DNA from: Ginglymostoma cirratum
Lineage: Eukaryota
Length of the DNA stretch: 60,947 nt
Direction: 5' to 3'
Assembly: GCA_024137785.1 (NCBI GenBank)
Contig: JAHRHZ010000056.1
Span: 25,267,163-25,328,109 of the forward strand
Positions 49,961 to 60,947 of this stretch are shown piece after piece (the stretch's first letter is position 1; every line of letters starts with the position of its first letter). Position numbers and translations under genes: made by a program. Below the pieces are notes generated by a model. The model was given only the letters and a program-made list of their open reading frames with translations, ran no database searches and was not told where the DNA came from.

Positions 49961-52900
49961 TTAGTGTCTTACCAGCGCACAATCTTCAGAGTTACAATGA
50001 TCTCTCCAGTGCTACATGAATATAAACAAGGTGACGTGGTGATATTAGATGTTGTTTTTCAAATTATATTTTCCCAGAGTGAGCGAGAACCAGAACTTAT
50101 TTTTCTAGAAAAAAATCATTTTAAAAAAATCACAATTTTAAACTTTGTTGTGATAGGACTTCCCTTTTATTTCATTTTTTGTGACTGTGATGCTTGCTGC
50201 TTCACTAGAGAGTAACTGATGCCCTGAATGCTCCTTGAATTTTTCCAACGTGGTGAACGTTTGAAGCTGTCACTTGCATGATGTCTTTCTTGGAACCTTG
50301 TCATGGATCTACTCGTAGTTAAATAAAGCTCAGTTATTTCTTTGTTACAACCATCCTGGAATTTTGGCAGATTGTTATAGTCATTGTTGTTCTCTATTTG
50401 ACATTGTTTTTAAAAAAAAAAAAACTTCTTCCGGTCATTTAAAAAAAAGTTTACAAATATCCACTTCTTACATTGACATAAGTTTTGGAGCCTGCAAGGT
50501 TCTTCTCCAATCCAGTGTCAGCTGCTTTTCCTCCTCTTCTGAGGCATAGTTTAAAGTCTGGAGGCATTGATAGCAGGTTTCACCATGAACCTCCTGGTGT
50601 GTAATCCGATTCACGCGTGTTAGGATGAACCAAGTTCTAGTTAGTGCTTTATTGATAACTGGCATTGTATTAGTCTCTGAGAGTATGTTGAAAACCCTGA
50701 AGAGTCCTGCTCATAGCACCACCATATGATAGCATTATAAAAGCCACATTCTCCATCTTAACTGGAACTACATGAAACATGACATACTGATGAAGCGTGC
50801 CGATGTTTGTAACCAGTAACTTTCCCGAAAGTAGTTTCAGGGACCTCAAAAAAAATACAATTTGCTGTAAAGCTTAGCTATCTGCTTTAAAACTAATGTT
50901 GAAAAAAGTTTTCTAAAAAAGAAAAGTTAACAAAAACTTTCTGTAAAGATACGTCTTTGAAACAAACGGCTGTTTGTGCAACCTCCGTTGCTAAATTAAT
51001 TTTGACAATAATCCTCTGTCAGGCAACTTGTGTTTCAATTGGTGGTTCTAGGAGCAAAAGATTCTTCAAGGAGCTCTGCTACATTAAACACAACCTTGCT
51101 TTATGCTGGAGACAGATCTATTTTTGTCAATGTGTGACGCTGTCAATGCAACATAACTGAATTTAAGTTTGTGAAGACTGGACAGATCCATATCACAGCT
51201 GTATGTCAGCAGAAATCCCCATCTGAGGGCTTCATATAATGCAGTCAGCATTTTCAGATTCTGATACAGGACAGATCAGTATATGTCTGGACAGATGGTG
51301 CAAAAGTAGATCATTATATTGTGTTGAAGGATATGTGAATTTTAGCCGTATTATAATTTTTGGAATTTGGATTTCACAGATGGGTTTTGGGTACTTCTGT
51401 AAATGCGTTTCCTTTGTTTTCATAAAATGAGTCTGTCTTGAACATAGTGATCTTAATCCAATATTTGTTAGAAAACAGGTGACTGCAGACTCCCTATGGT
51501 GTTAATAGAAAGATTATTATACTGATGGGTTTATTTAAAGCCATTATGTTTGTTTTCAGTTCAGAAGAATCTAGGATTGAGCAAGTTTGTTTTTTATATT
51601 GTTAAGACATCAGAGTTCACTTGAGAAGTAAGTATATTTTCTCACATAGGAACCTTTCAGGGCAGATCACACAACCAGTTACTTCAGTAAAGAATGTATT
51701 TTGTGAAACTTCCAAGCCGGGAGTTTGGTTAGAAATATGTAGCTGATTGGAACCGAGAAAGTTTATGCTGTCAGATTTGTGAAAAGGCCATGTCTGTACG
51801 CTTAGAAAGGACTCATTGTCTCATCAAACAATCCACCTCAACTAAACTACTGTGAATCAGTTAGGTAGAAATGTAGAGTTCAGATAGGGTTGTAATTTTG
51901 TCTGGACTTGAGTCTCTGTAATGGATTGTGACAGGAAACATGTTGATTTCCTGTGTACAATAAGATCATTTGAACTGTATTCTCTCTTTGGATAGCTTAG
52001 TTTGTTTTCCTACTTCTGTGGAATCAGCTTCTGTTCAAGAAAATCTTCAGCCTTGTGTGAATATATCTCATCGACTAACTACCATGTTTACTAACTAAGC
52101 AGCAAAAAATGTTTTGTGAAGCCAGGTTTCATTCTGGGCTCTGACTTTTCAGTAGTACTATCAACTAGGATCACAACAATTTTAACCAACTGAATTAGGG
52201 ATATGTGTCAACCTACGTGACTGGACAAGTACAAATCGGTGCTTCTTTCTGGGAATATGTAATTCAGGTGTTTCTTTTTTTTTTATCTTGGTATACAGAC
52301 TGAATGAAGAAAGAAAATGGTGAGCAAATATTTTGAGTAAAAATTAATTGTTATTTTGTACCTCCCTTTTGTGATTTTGAATGGTTCGTGGAACGTATTA
52401 GTTTGAATAATTCACCATGTAACAGCCACCTTGAGCTTGTAGCTTGGAAAGGATGACGTGTGCTTTACCATGATTTAACTATGTAACACTTGGATAGATA
52501 CGGTTTTTCATTTTGCAGTCAGACTGGTATTCTGTGACATTTCACTACCTTATGACATATTCCCTGGGCTTCTATTGCCCTATTTTTCTACCAAAATTAA
52601 GATTCTTTTTATCTTCGTAAAATTGATATAATAATGCAGGCATAACAAAAACCTCATTGGAAAATTAAGCCAATTAAAAATAGTTTGTTAGGACATAGTC
52701 TAATGGTATTCAGTGACAGTTTATAAATATGTTACAACAAATGTATTTCTACTTCCCGGTTGTTATATTAGAAACTTTCTCTATCACATGACTTTTTCTG
52801 AAAGAGGAATGTGTAATTAGTTACAAGACTAACATTTGGTAAACTGACACTTTCAACTCCCAGAGCTGCTTCACTTTTCTTGAGGGGTTGAATGAGGCGG

Positions 52901-53479
52901 TTAATGGACCTATCTGTTCTATATTTTTAGTGAATACTGATCAACCCCATTCTCTCTGAGGATCAAAGAACCAGTTCTCAGAATTCAGGAAATTTTGGAG
53001 ATTAGGACCGTATTGACCCAAATATAATATGTTACATATTTTAAAACTTTTTTTTTAGTAGCAACTGGTAATTTAAAAGACTTCCAGAGTTTTATTCTGT
53101 GATATTGGGCAGGGTGTATTGAATAAATGATAACTTACCATCAGCAGTATGGAAAATGGTAATGTCCTGGTTTGTAGTGGCACCTTGTGGCCCGCGCTTC
53201 AAATTTTGAAAGGGTGCAGGGTATGAAAAGCCTGGCATGTATCAATTTGACTGGTGACACATCTGTTAAAGAAAGGAACTCTGCGCAGAGCCTCAGTGTG
53301 GCAGAAATTTCCTTTGTGACTTGGAAATGTTCAGTGGTATGAAACATCCATGATAGAATAATCCTTAATTCATGGGAAAACTGCTGTTGTCCCAGGTGTC
53401 TGTAGTTCATTGTGTGGCACTTGGAAATTATAGCAATCTGGTGTGAAGCCTTGGTAAAACGTATACAACCTTCTGTGCA

Positions 53480-54095
53480 GCACTGAGCTTAAACTTAGGT
53501 AATGAAGCATTGCTAACTTCATAGTGAGCAATCCTCAGGAAAATAGTGATCAAAAATGACAATTCATGTTGAGTATGAGAGTGATGCACCAAAGTCCAAA
53601 ACTAGAGTGTTAATGCCTATTTAGGTAAGTTTGTAAAACATGCTGGCTAAGTAATTAAATTAAAAAGGTAAGAAGAGTAGTTAAGCTTTAGGATTGGGAG
53701 GCTTTTAAAATCTAGTAGAGTTGCGAAAAATATAAGGATTATTGAATATGGATGAACTATTAGGAAATGTAAAAGGAAAATTTTACAGCATCTATACGTG
53801 TAAGAAGGAAAAGTCACTGTCCCTTAGAGGATAGGACAGCAGAAATTGCAATTGGAAATATGCAATGAAAAGTTAAATATTTATGTATCTACAGATGTAA
53901 AGAAACAAAATACCAGAGATGGTGATGTCACCAAAGATTTAAGAAAACATGAAGAGATTCAACTAATATTAATGGAGAATAAGGACAAGAGAAGTTAATG
54001 AGACTAAAAGCAGACTAAAATCTCCCAGACCAATGTCCTAGGCTTATAAAGGAGGTGACAGTAGAGATGGTGGAGACACTGGTTGAGAGTTATCA
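53480..54095 (+). mobile_element. Degraded CR1 ORF2 middle region (continues ~55100-55170)
   Basis: GNSD-like remnant and LK.D.SP.PD-like remnant (AAAGCAGACTAAAATCTCCCAGACC). Confidence 0.6.
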
Positions 54096-54111
54096 GGTCA
54101 AATGATCAAAA

Positions 54112-54980
54112 ACATGATCTTAGTGAAAATTTGTAGCTCGGGTTGTGAATGCAGTTGTTCGTTTGCTCGCCAAGCTGGTTGATCCATGGTTTGCAGATGT
54201 TTCGTTACATCATCATCAGTGCGACCTCTAAACGAAGCATTGGTGTTCTGCTCTGTTCCGAATTTATATGATCCTTTGGTGTGGTGGGTCTTATCACTTC
54301 CCGTTCTGGTTTTAGCAGTGGATAAGCTACGTGGACAACACATTCATAATAATCAAATGCAGAAGAGTAGAAGAAACCCACCAATTTGTTAACAGCATCT
54401 TTGCAAGCATAAAATTCCCCGGAGAGGCAGAAAACAACAAACAGCTTCCATTCTTAGTCGTAATGGTAGAGAGACTAACTAACAGCGATTTCCAGACCTG
54501 AGTGTACAGGAAGGCCCCACAAACGGACCAAATCCTGAACTTCAGTAGCAGCCACCGCACCTTACACAAGCAGGGCTGCACTAAGACACTTTACACGAGC
54601 CATATCACACTGCAACACCCGAGAACTCCAGAGAATGGAAGAGGAACACTGACATAAGATGTGTACTGACAATGGATACACAAGAAGTTGCATCCGCTGA
54701 TGCCTACAAAAGAAAAGAGTCAGAGGACATGGTACGACAGAAGACACTAGTAATGCTACCCTACATCAAAAATATATCAGAAATGACTTTTTAGACCACA
54801 TAGGATCATGATTGCACACAAACCCACATCAACACTGTGTCAAACGCTATCAAAGACTCAAGACCTGATACTGACAGTAAACAGGACTAACACGGTGTAC
54901 AGAATCCCATGCAGTGAGTGCAATAAACATTACATTGGACAAACTGGGAGGAAACTGATGACCAGGATACACGAACACCC
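54112..54980 (+). mobile_element. Penelope-like element (family D): inverted pLTR (54112-54325) + RT C-terminus/GIY-YIG
   Basis: Remnant LPFLVV..VYRK.PQTDQILNF and ORF 54808-55011 (TVYRIPCSECNKHYIGQTGRKLMTRIHEH). Confidence 0.85.
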
Positions 54981-54982
54981 AT

Positions 54983-55095
54983 ACGAAGGGTCACCGGACC
55001 TGAAACGTTAACTGATTTTTTTTCTTCACCGATGCTGCAGACCAGCAACTTCTGTTTTTGTCCCTGATTTACAGCGTCTGCAGTTCTTTCGGTTT
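54983..55095 (+). mobile_element. PLE-derived mini-element family B
   Basis: GAAGGGTCACCGGACCTGAAACGTTAACT... Confidence 0.75.
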
Positions 55096-56984
55096 GCATA
55101 TGGAACTGAATCTTGCACTGAAGGCAGACACTAATGTGAAGGCTGACGATCCCATTACAGAAAGGCAAATTGTATGATGTGATATCAGTTTTACAAGTAT
55201 AAGTCATACAGTCATGGATTCTTGTATTGGTACCATTGTGAGAATTTTTTTTGTGCCTGAATTTGTTTGTAACATGTATTTGGTAAATTTATTGCACTGA
55301 AAGTAGAGAAACTCCAAGGAACGTTTCTAGGCAGGTTTTAGTTTGTTGGGCTTGTGTGTAATGTGGGATCCTAGATATTTGTATTGGTTGTATTGTTTGA
55401 GTCTGATTATAATGGATCCTGTAGTGAATCCTGAGCTGGTTACATACATGCTTAGCAACTAATTCTGGTGCAACACCTGTAACAATTTTTTTAACATAAT
55501 TTTGTTGAATTCCAAACTTTTTTTGTTCATTAAACAGTAATGATAAAGCTGTGTAGTATTTTTTGTAATCAGAATGGGACATATTGCGTAGCATTATCAT
55601 TTGAAAACAACAAATTATGGTTGTTTGGAGGTACAATATTTAACTGCGAAGTAGAGAGGAAAACTAATCAGTTTTACTTCTGTGGGAGAGTTAGATTTTT
55701 AAAAATTCACTTTCCATTCTATTGCAATTATTTTCAAGTTTTGAAATTATTTTGCAGCAAAGAATTTTTTTCCCATCTACAGGGAAGTATAAAGGGCTTT
55801 AAACTAGATGAGAGGCGAGAGATTGAGCTTGGGTAATGGAATAAATTAAGGGATAGAGTCATGGTAGGACTGCAAAACATTAATGAGAAGTGAGGTTTTG
55901 AGAGGAACAGAGGGAAAACAAAGAGGAGAATGTACCAATAGTCAAGACTAGATGCTACAAAGATCTAAATGTGCATAGCATTCATGAAAAAATGGGCATG
56001 TTGACACAAATACGTATGATTTGGTAGATATAATGGAGATGTGGCAATATGATGATATGGATTGCATTCTGAACATTAAAGTATGACATTCAAGCAGAAT
56101 AGGAAGCTGGGTAAAGGTGGAAGAGTAGTGCTTCTAAACAAAGATGGTGTAGGTGCAATCGTTAGAGATGATAACTTCCGGAGATCTGGATGTAGAATTA
56201 GTTTGGGTTGAGATGACGAATAGTAGAGGAAACAGATCAGTTGTTGAAGTGACTGCAAATTCCTGAACTGTTGTAGGAAGAAATAGACAAAGAAAAACAA
56301 ATTGGTTCCTTGTCGTAAAGAACTGGAAATAATTATGGATGATTTCTAATCCCTACATAAACTGGAAAAATCAGATTGGAAGTAATAGTTGCAATGAGAA
56401 ATTCAGAGATCACTTTCAAGATAGTTTCTTAGAATAGCGTGAATTGGAACTGACCAGTGAGCAGATTATAGTAGACATGGTATTGTGTAATGTGATGGGA
56501 TTAATTGATTACCCTGAGAATTAAGGCAGCTTTGGGTTGGAGTGATTGTACTATGATTGAACTTTTCATCCAATTTGTAAGAGAAAAATGGGCCTAAGAC
56601 TAAGGTTTTAAAGTTTTAAACAAAAGACAGAAATTTGGTTGTGAAAGCTGAGGTTGCTGATGTAAATTGGGATATTAAACTAGGAGGTAGATCAGTAGAG
56701 AAACAGTGGAAAACATTTTAACACATATTTCTGAATATGTAATAAGTAATCCAACTATGTAAAAGAAACTTATAAGCAGAAGATCCACCATGTAACGAAA
56801 GAAGATAAGGAGAGTATCAAAGTTAAAGAAAATACACAAATATATGTGTAAATGAGTGGTGGGTCAGGTGATTGGCCAAAATATAAAGAACGTCAATGAG
56901 TAAAAGATTAATCAGAACAAATAGTTTACCGCGTGAAAGGAAGCTAGCTAGAAATATAAAAACAGATAGCAAGGGTATCTGTAG

Positions 56985-58790
56985 TGTTATAACACAATCT
57001 GTTCTTTATTGTTTTTTCTTCTGCAACTAATTTTTAAAATTAATTAGAAAAGTCTGGGATTCTGTATAAGATTCATGATTCAATCCAGGGAGGAGTGATT
57101 GTGATAACCTCACATAACTTTCATCACATTACAGACCTGCTGCCGAGGTTTGACGTAAAAGATGTGGAAGTTATTTTATGAGAAAATAGCAGCCAGAAGG
57201 GGCGGCTTTGAGCCTTCTGGACGTCTCCAGTAAGTTTGCTCTGAAGATGTTTGCGTCCCCATCAGAGGAGACCTCAAGGGTACAAGACACTGAAAACGGC
57301 AGCTTTAAACGTTTGTGAACTTGTCCCGGAGGCCTATTGGCAATGATTAAGGAGTCTAAGCAAACAGCCGTCAGACATACTCAGAGTTCAAGACCGAGAA
57401 GCAGACCAGTTTTGACAGATGACTTAGGGCATCCAGAGCACAAACAGTTGATGAAGCTGAAGAGACATTGTTTCGTTGGATTTGCTTACCACCAGCAATC
57501 AGAATGCACGGTAGGGAACAGAAAGCTGGTGATGCTGGGTAAGCAGCACAGATGGCTGATGGCTGATGGCTGAGCTGTTCCATAAACTCTCATCCCCAGG
57601 TTTGAGAAAAACAGAAAATAGGAGAGTAATACAAAGGCAGTTATCCAGAGTAAGGAAGAGACAACTGTGCTCAGAAATCACCGCCTCAAGCCAAAAAGGT
57701 AGTGCTTGAGAGCAGAGGACAGTGCAGGAAACTAAGGTTTTTTCACTGTGGTAAGATAGAGCACAATAAGTCAACGTGCTTGAAGCTACATGGGAAACCA
57801 GTTGGGGCCATAGGCATTCAGCATGGAGGAGTAGGAAAAAGAATTAAGAAAGAAACCACCTTGAACCAGTCAGTAACGGTGACTCTCGTAGAAAGGACCA
57901 AAGTGAACCCTGTGCAAAAGGCAGGAGGAGATAAATAAGTGAAAGGGATTTTTGTCAAAAGGTACAGTGAGGCCTTTTGCTTCTAATTCAAGGGCGAAGC
58001 CCATAATAATTTAAGGATTCAGAGACATCCCAATCTTTACAATTGAGGGATGGTTGATTCTTTCCATATGAGAATCTAGTGAAGACTAAGGTACCAATAA
58101 TTGGGGTGGGTGGAGTTCACACCCCAGATTCATAAGGTAAGATAAAGCTGGACTTCAACACCATGTCAGGGGACATAAGAGTATGGGTGACAGACACTTT
58201 GCCAATCAGCAGAGTAGACCTGCTGTTAGGGATAGACTTGGCCGGATTGAAAGTATTTGCCTCACCCCTCCTAACAGAGGAGCCAGGAGATAGAGATGAG
58301 ATGAGATGAGACCATTAGAAGAGGAGGTTCTAGTTATCTTCCCAGTCTGTGAAACGGCTTGGTGAGAAGAATCGTTAGAAGAAGGTAACCATTCCACAAA
58401 CAAGTGAGAGGATGCCTGAAGCTATTGTGGGGAAGGAGAAAGGACTGGAGGGAATGTTTGAAATGACAACATTGATCGAGGCCAGAAAGTCAGACCCTGA
58501 ACAGAGAGAATTAGCCACCTGTGCTAATTTAGACGTTGAATTGGAGGGACTCCCAGAGTTTTATCATATGAATAAGAGTGCTGTGCTGATGAGGAAGTGG
58601 AGATCTCCTCATAGACTCGCAGAAGCTAAATGAAGATGTGGTGCAGTTCTGCAGAATTTACCACTTGTCAAGTTGTGGGCAAGCTTCAACATAAGATTAA
58701 ACTGGCACCCTAATCTCCATACTGGTTTACCTAGGTGTGAATTGATTGTATTGGCCCTTTGCTGAAGACCAGGGCCAGGAAGTCTGTGCA
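56985..58790 (+). mobile_element. Ty3/Gypsy (Gmr1-like) LTR retrotransposon internal remnant: gag zinc knuckle, protease, pre-integrase region
   Basis: (F)FHCGKIEHNKSTC (CCHC knuckle, first Cys mutated), KPII..RDS.TSQSL protease-like remnant, LIEARKSDPE..VLMRKWRSP. Confidence 0.7.
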
Positions 58791-59726
58791 TGTTAACAGT
58801 CATGGACATGACCACGAGAAAGCTACCATGGATTGAAAAAGTCGATTCATATCTGATTATTCTGGTTATGTTTCTGGAAAATGCCACTAATGTGGTAGAT
58901 GAGGAATGTCTGTGAATGTTATTTAAATGCCAGAAGGTACTTGTGAATGCACCACTCAAGGGACCATTGGGAAAATGAATGGTAATGGAATTAGAGGCAA
59001 GCATTTCACTTGGGTAGGGAATTGGACAGCAAGTAGGGATAATGGCATCAGAATGCTATTTTTGGGATGTGATTAGTGATGTTTCAATTTTCTAAGGTAC
59101 TTATGACTTTGAATAGAAAGTCAGATGTCTGAATTTATTGACAGATTAAACTGTTGAGTGGAACAGTACGTGGTGTGAAAGAAGCATAAAATTGCATAGG
59201 GAGATAGAAAAGTGAGGGGACCAAAATTTGGCAGGTGGAATGAAGTGAAGTCACTCATTTGGACCTAAATGCTCCTAACTATCTTTTCTCGAAATAACAA
59301 GGAGAAGAGAGATTTTGGAGCCCATGTGAATAATTTTGTAACAACTAATGAACAGAGGTAAAAATAAATGTATAAGGCTAATTAATGTTCAACTTCGTCT
59401 TAGGGAGTACTAGAATAGAAAGGGTCAGAAAGCAAGCTAGTGTTGTATAAAGCTTTAATCAGTTTATATCTGAAGTACTGCATTGAGTTGTACACTGCAC
59501 CAAAGGATGAATGGGTTGGTCTTAAAAGGGATGCAACACAACTTCACCAGAATGATATCAGAGCTGAAAGATTTTTGTAACATTTCTGATATTTTACTTA
59601 AGTCTGTATGACCTTGACTTTAGAAAATTAATGATTGATTAAATTAAGGTTTTTGAAGAGTATTAACAGATTTGACAAAATCAATTATTTTCTATAAAGG
59701 GTGCATCAACCATAATGTTAGAGCTA

Positions 59727-60040
59727 GAGATAAAAGGTACTGCAGATGCTGGAGAATCCGAGATAACAAGCATGGGGCTGGATGAACACAGCAGGTCAAG
59801 CAGCATCATAGGAGCAGGAAAACTTGACGTTTCGGGCCTAAACCCTTCATCAGAAATGGGGGAGGGGAAGAGGGTTCTGAAATAAATAGGGAGAGAGGGG
59901 GAGGCGGATAGAGGATGGACTCCATCCGATAGAGGGCTCCATCCCCGCCTCTTTGACTTGTCTGCCTCCTCTAAACGTCAAGTTTTCCTGCTCCTATGAT
60001 GCTGCTTGACCTGCTGTGTTCATCCAGCCCCATGCTTGTT
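59727..60040. mobile_element. Young fold-back PLE family A insertion with perfect 15-bp TSD
   Basis: ATAATGTTAGAGCTA at 59712-59726 and 60041-60055. Arms identical. Hammerhead at 59822-59857 (minus). Confidence 0.9.
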
Positions 60041-60178
60041 ATAATGTTAGAGCTAAGCTGTTTGAGTAATGCCAGGAAGAAGCGCTTCAGGTGAAGGCTG
60101 ATGGAAGTCTTTGATCTCTCCTGTTGGGAAGAAAACTGTTTGAAACAAGGGATCATTTATTTCAAAACTACTTATTGA

Positions 60179-60330
60179 TGAGATCGTAGGAACTGCAAAT
60201 GCTGGAGTCTGAGATAACAAGGTGTAGAGCTGGATGAATACAGCTGAAGAAGGGTCCAGATCCGTAACATCAGCTTTCCCGCTCCTCCGATGCTGCCTGG
60301 CCTGCTGTGTTCATCCAGCTCTACACCTTA
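60179..60330. mobile_element. Small fold-back PLE family A element
   Basis: AAGGTGTAGAGCTGGATGAA ... TTCATCCAGCTCTACACCTT inverted. Degenerate hammerhead at 60244-60274. Confidence 0.8.
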
Positions 60331-60815
60331 GTAATGAATGAATGTAGAACCAAGGTTAGTAGATGGAATTAGCACACAGATCAAGACTAATCTGATTGAA
60401 TAATGAAGCAAAATCTAGGAATTTAAAAGTCTGTTCTTGTTCCTATTACTTGAAGCCTTTATCTGGTATGGCTCATAAACCGTGATGAGGTTGATGTAGA
60501 TTTAAGGTCACAATCTCATACAAGTTATGTGTCCATTCCTGTATAGAATTCATGAAGTCGCCAAGTTTCCAGACTGCCTGATGCTTGCAGGAGCCATATA
60601 CCATCATTAAGTTGGGGTGCTTGCATTAGAAGTGATAAATTCTTGTTTGAGAGAGATTGGTGGATTTAGAAGTAATGGAGAGAAGCCATATATTTTGATC
60701 AAAGCTTCTATTGCTAATAGATGTAGGTAATTGCTTTAATGGGTATGTAATTTGTGTTGAGTGAGTTCTCAGACTTGTCAGATTTCTGTAAATAGGTAGG
60801 AGATTGAGTGTATCA

Positions 60816-60947
60816 GAGATAAAAGGTACTGCAGATGCTGGAGAATCCGAGATAACAAGGTGTGGGGCTGGATGAACACAGCAGGCCAAGCAGCAGCATA
60901 GGAGCGGGAAAGCTTGACGTTTCGGGCCTAGACCCTTCATCAGAAAC
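60816..60947 (-). mobile_element. PLE family A terminus truncated by the window edge; hammerhead at 60912-60947
   Basis: Minus strand GTTT-CTGATGA-A-GGGT/CTAG/GCCC-GAAA-CG-TC-AAGC. Confidence 0.85.

Larger units (their letters stand above)
55840..60450 (+). mobile_element. Degraded CR1 ORF2 split into 55840-56983 and 58790-60450 by a Gypsy remnant; further PLE insertions
   Basis: APE remnants (ITEMW, IIMDDF) and KLARNIKTDSK before 56983. RT C-terminal and 3' UTR remnants after 58790. Confidence 0.7.

Noticed and set aside
51560-51627. AG...GTAAGT-bounded 68-bp plus-strand exon
   Set aside because: Stops in all three frames, AT-rich and no other support; compatible with chance.
53615-53630. 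Second TAG|GTAAGT recursive-site-like motif
   Set aside because: Weak pyrimidine tract and lies inside a decayed CR1.
1-60947. Whole window as one giant element with terminal inverted repeats
   Set aside because: The terminal matches are copies of a dispersed high-copy PLE terminus that also occurs many times internally. Scaffold breakage at repeats explains it.

Overview
This is vertebrate, repeat-dominated non-coding DNA, almost certainly from an elasmobranch (shark or ray). The evidence is a full-length HE1-type V-SINE, Deu-domain SINE remnants and dozens of shark-type CR1 fragments. It is probably a whole short-read scaffold, because both ends and the single 400-N gap fall inside the same high-copy repeat. 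No intact host protein-coding gene can be supported. Nearly all ORF-track hits are pieces of decayed CR1, L2, RTE/RTE-X-like LINEs, Penelope-like elements (PLEs, GIY-YIG) or a Gmr1-like Gypsy element. The most striking structure is a set of at least 4 PLE-related families whose termini carry a minimal type I hammerhead-ribozyme motif (stem I-CUGANGA-extra A/U-stem II-GAAA-palindromic ACGU-H-stem I). The families show compensatory changes in stems I and II. The motif occurs in GIY-YIG-coding PLE remnants, in ~100-130 bp ribozyme-headed mini-elements and in fold-back (inverted) insertions flanked by 12-15 bp target-site duplications (TSDs). PLE-borne hammerheads are known in general; the multi-family, discrete mini-element form seen here deserves testing. 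Other leads are a LINE whose 5' end appears tRNA-derived together with a SINE that looks like its internal-deletion derivative, a candidate recursive splice site (33608-33637) and a candidate non-coding exon (53139-53262, minus). Boundaries of old repeats were estimated by eye and are approximate.
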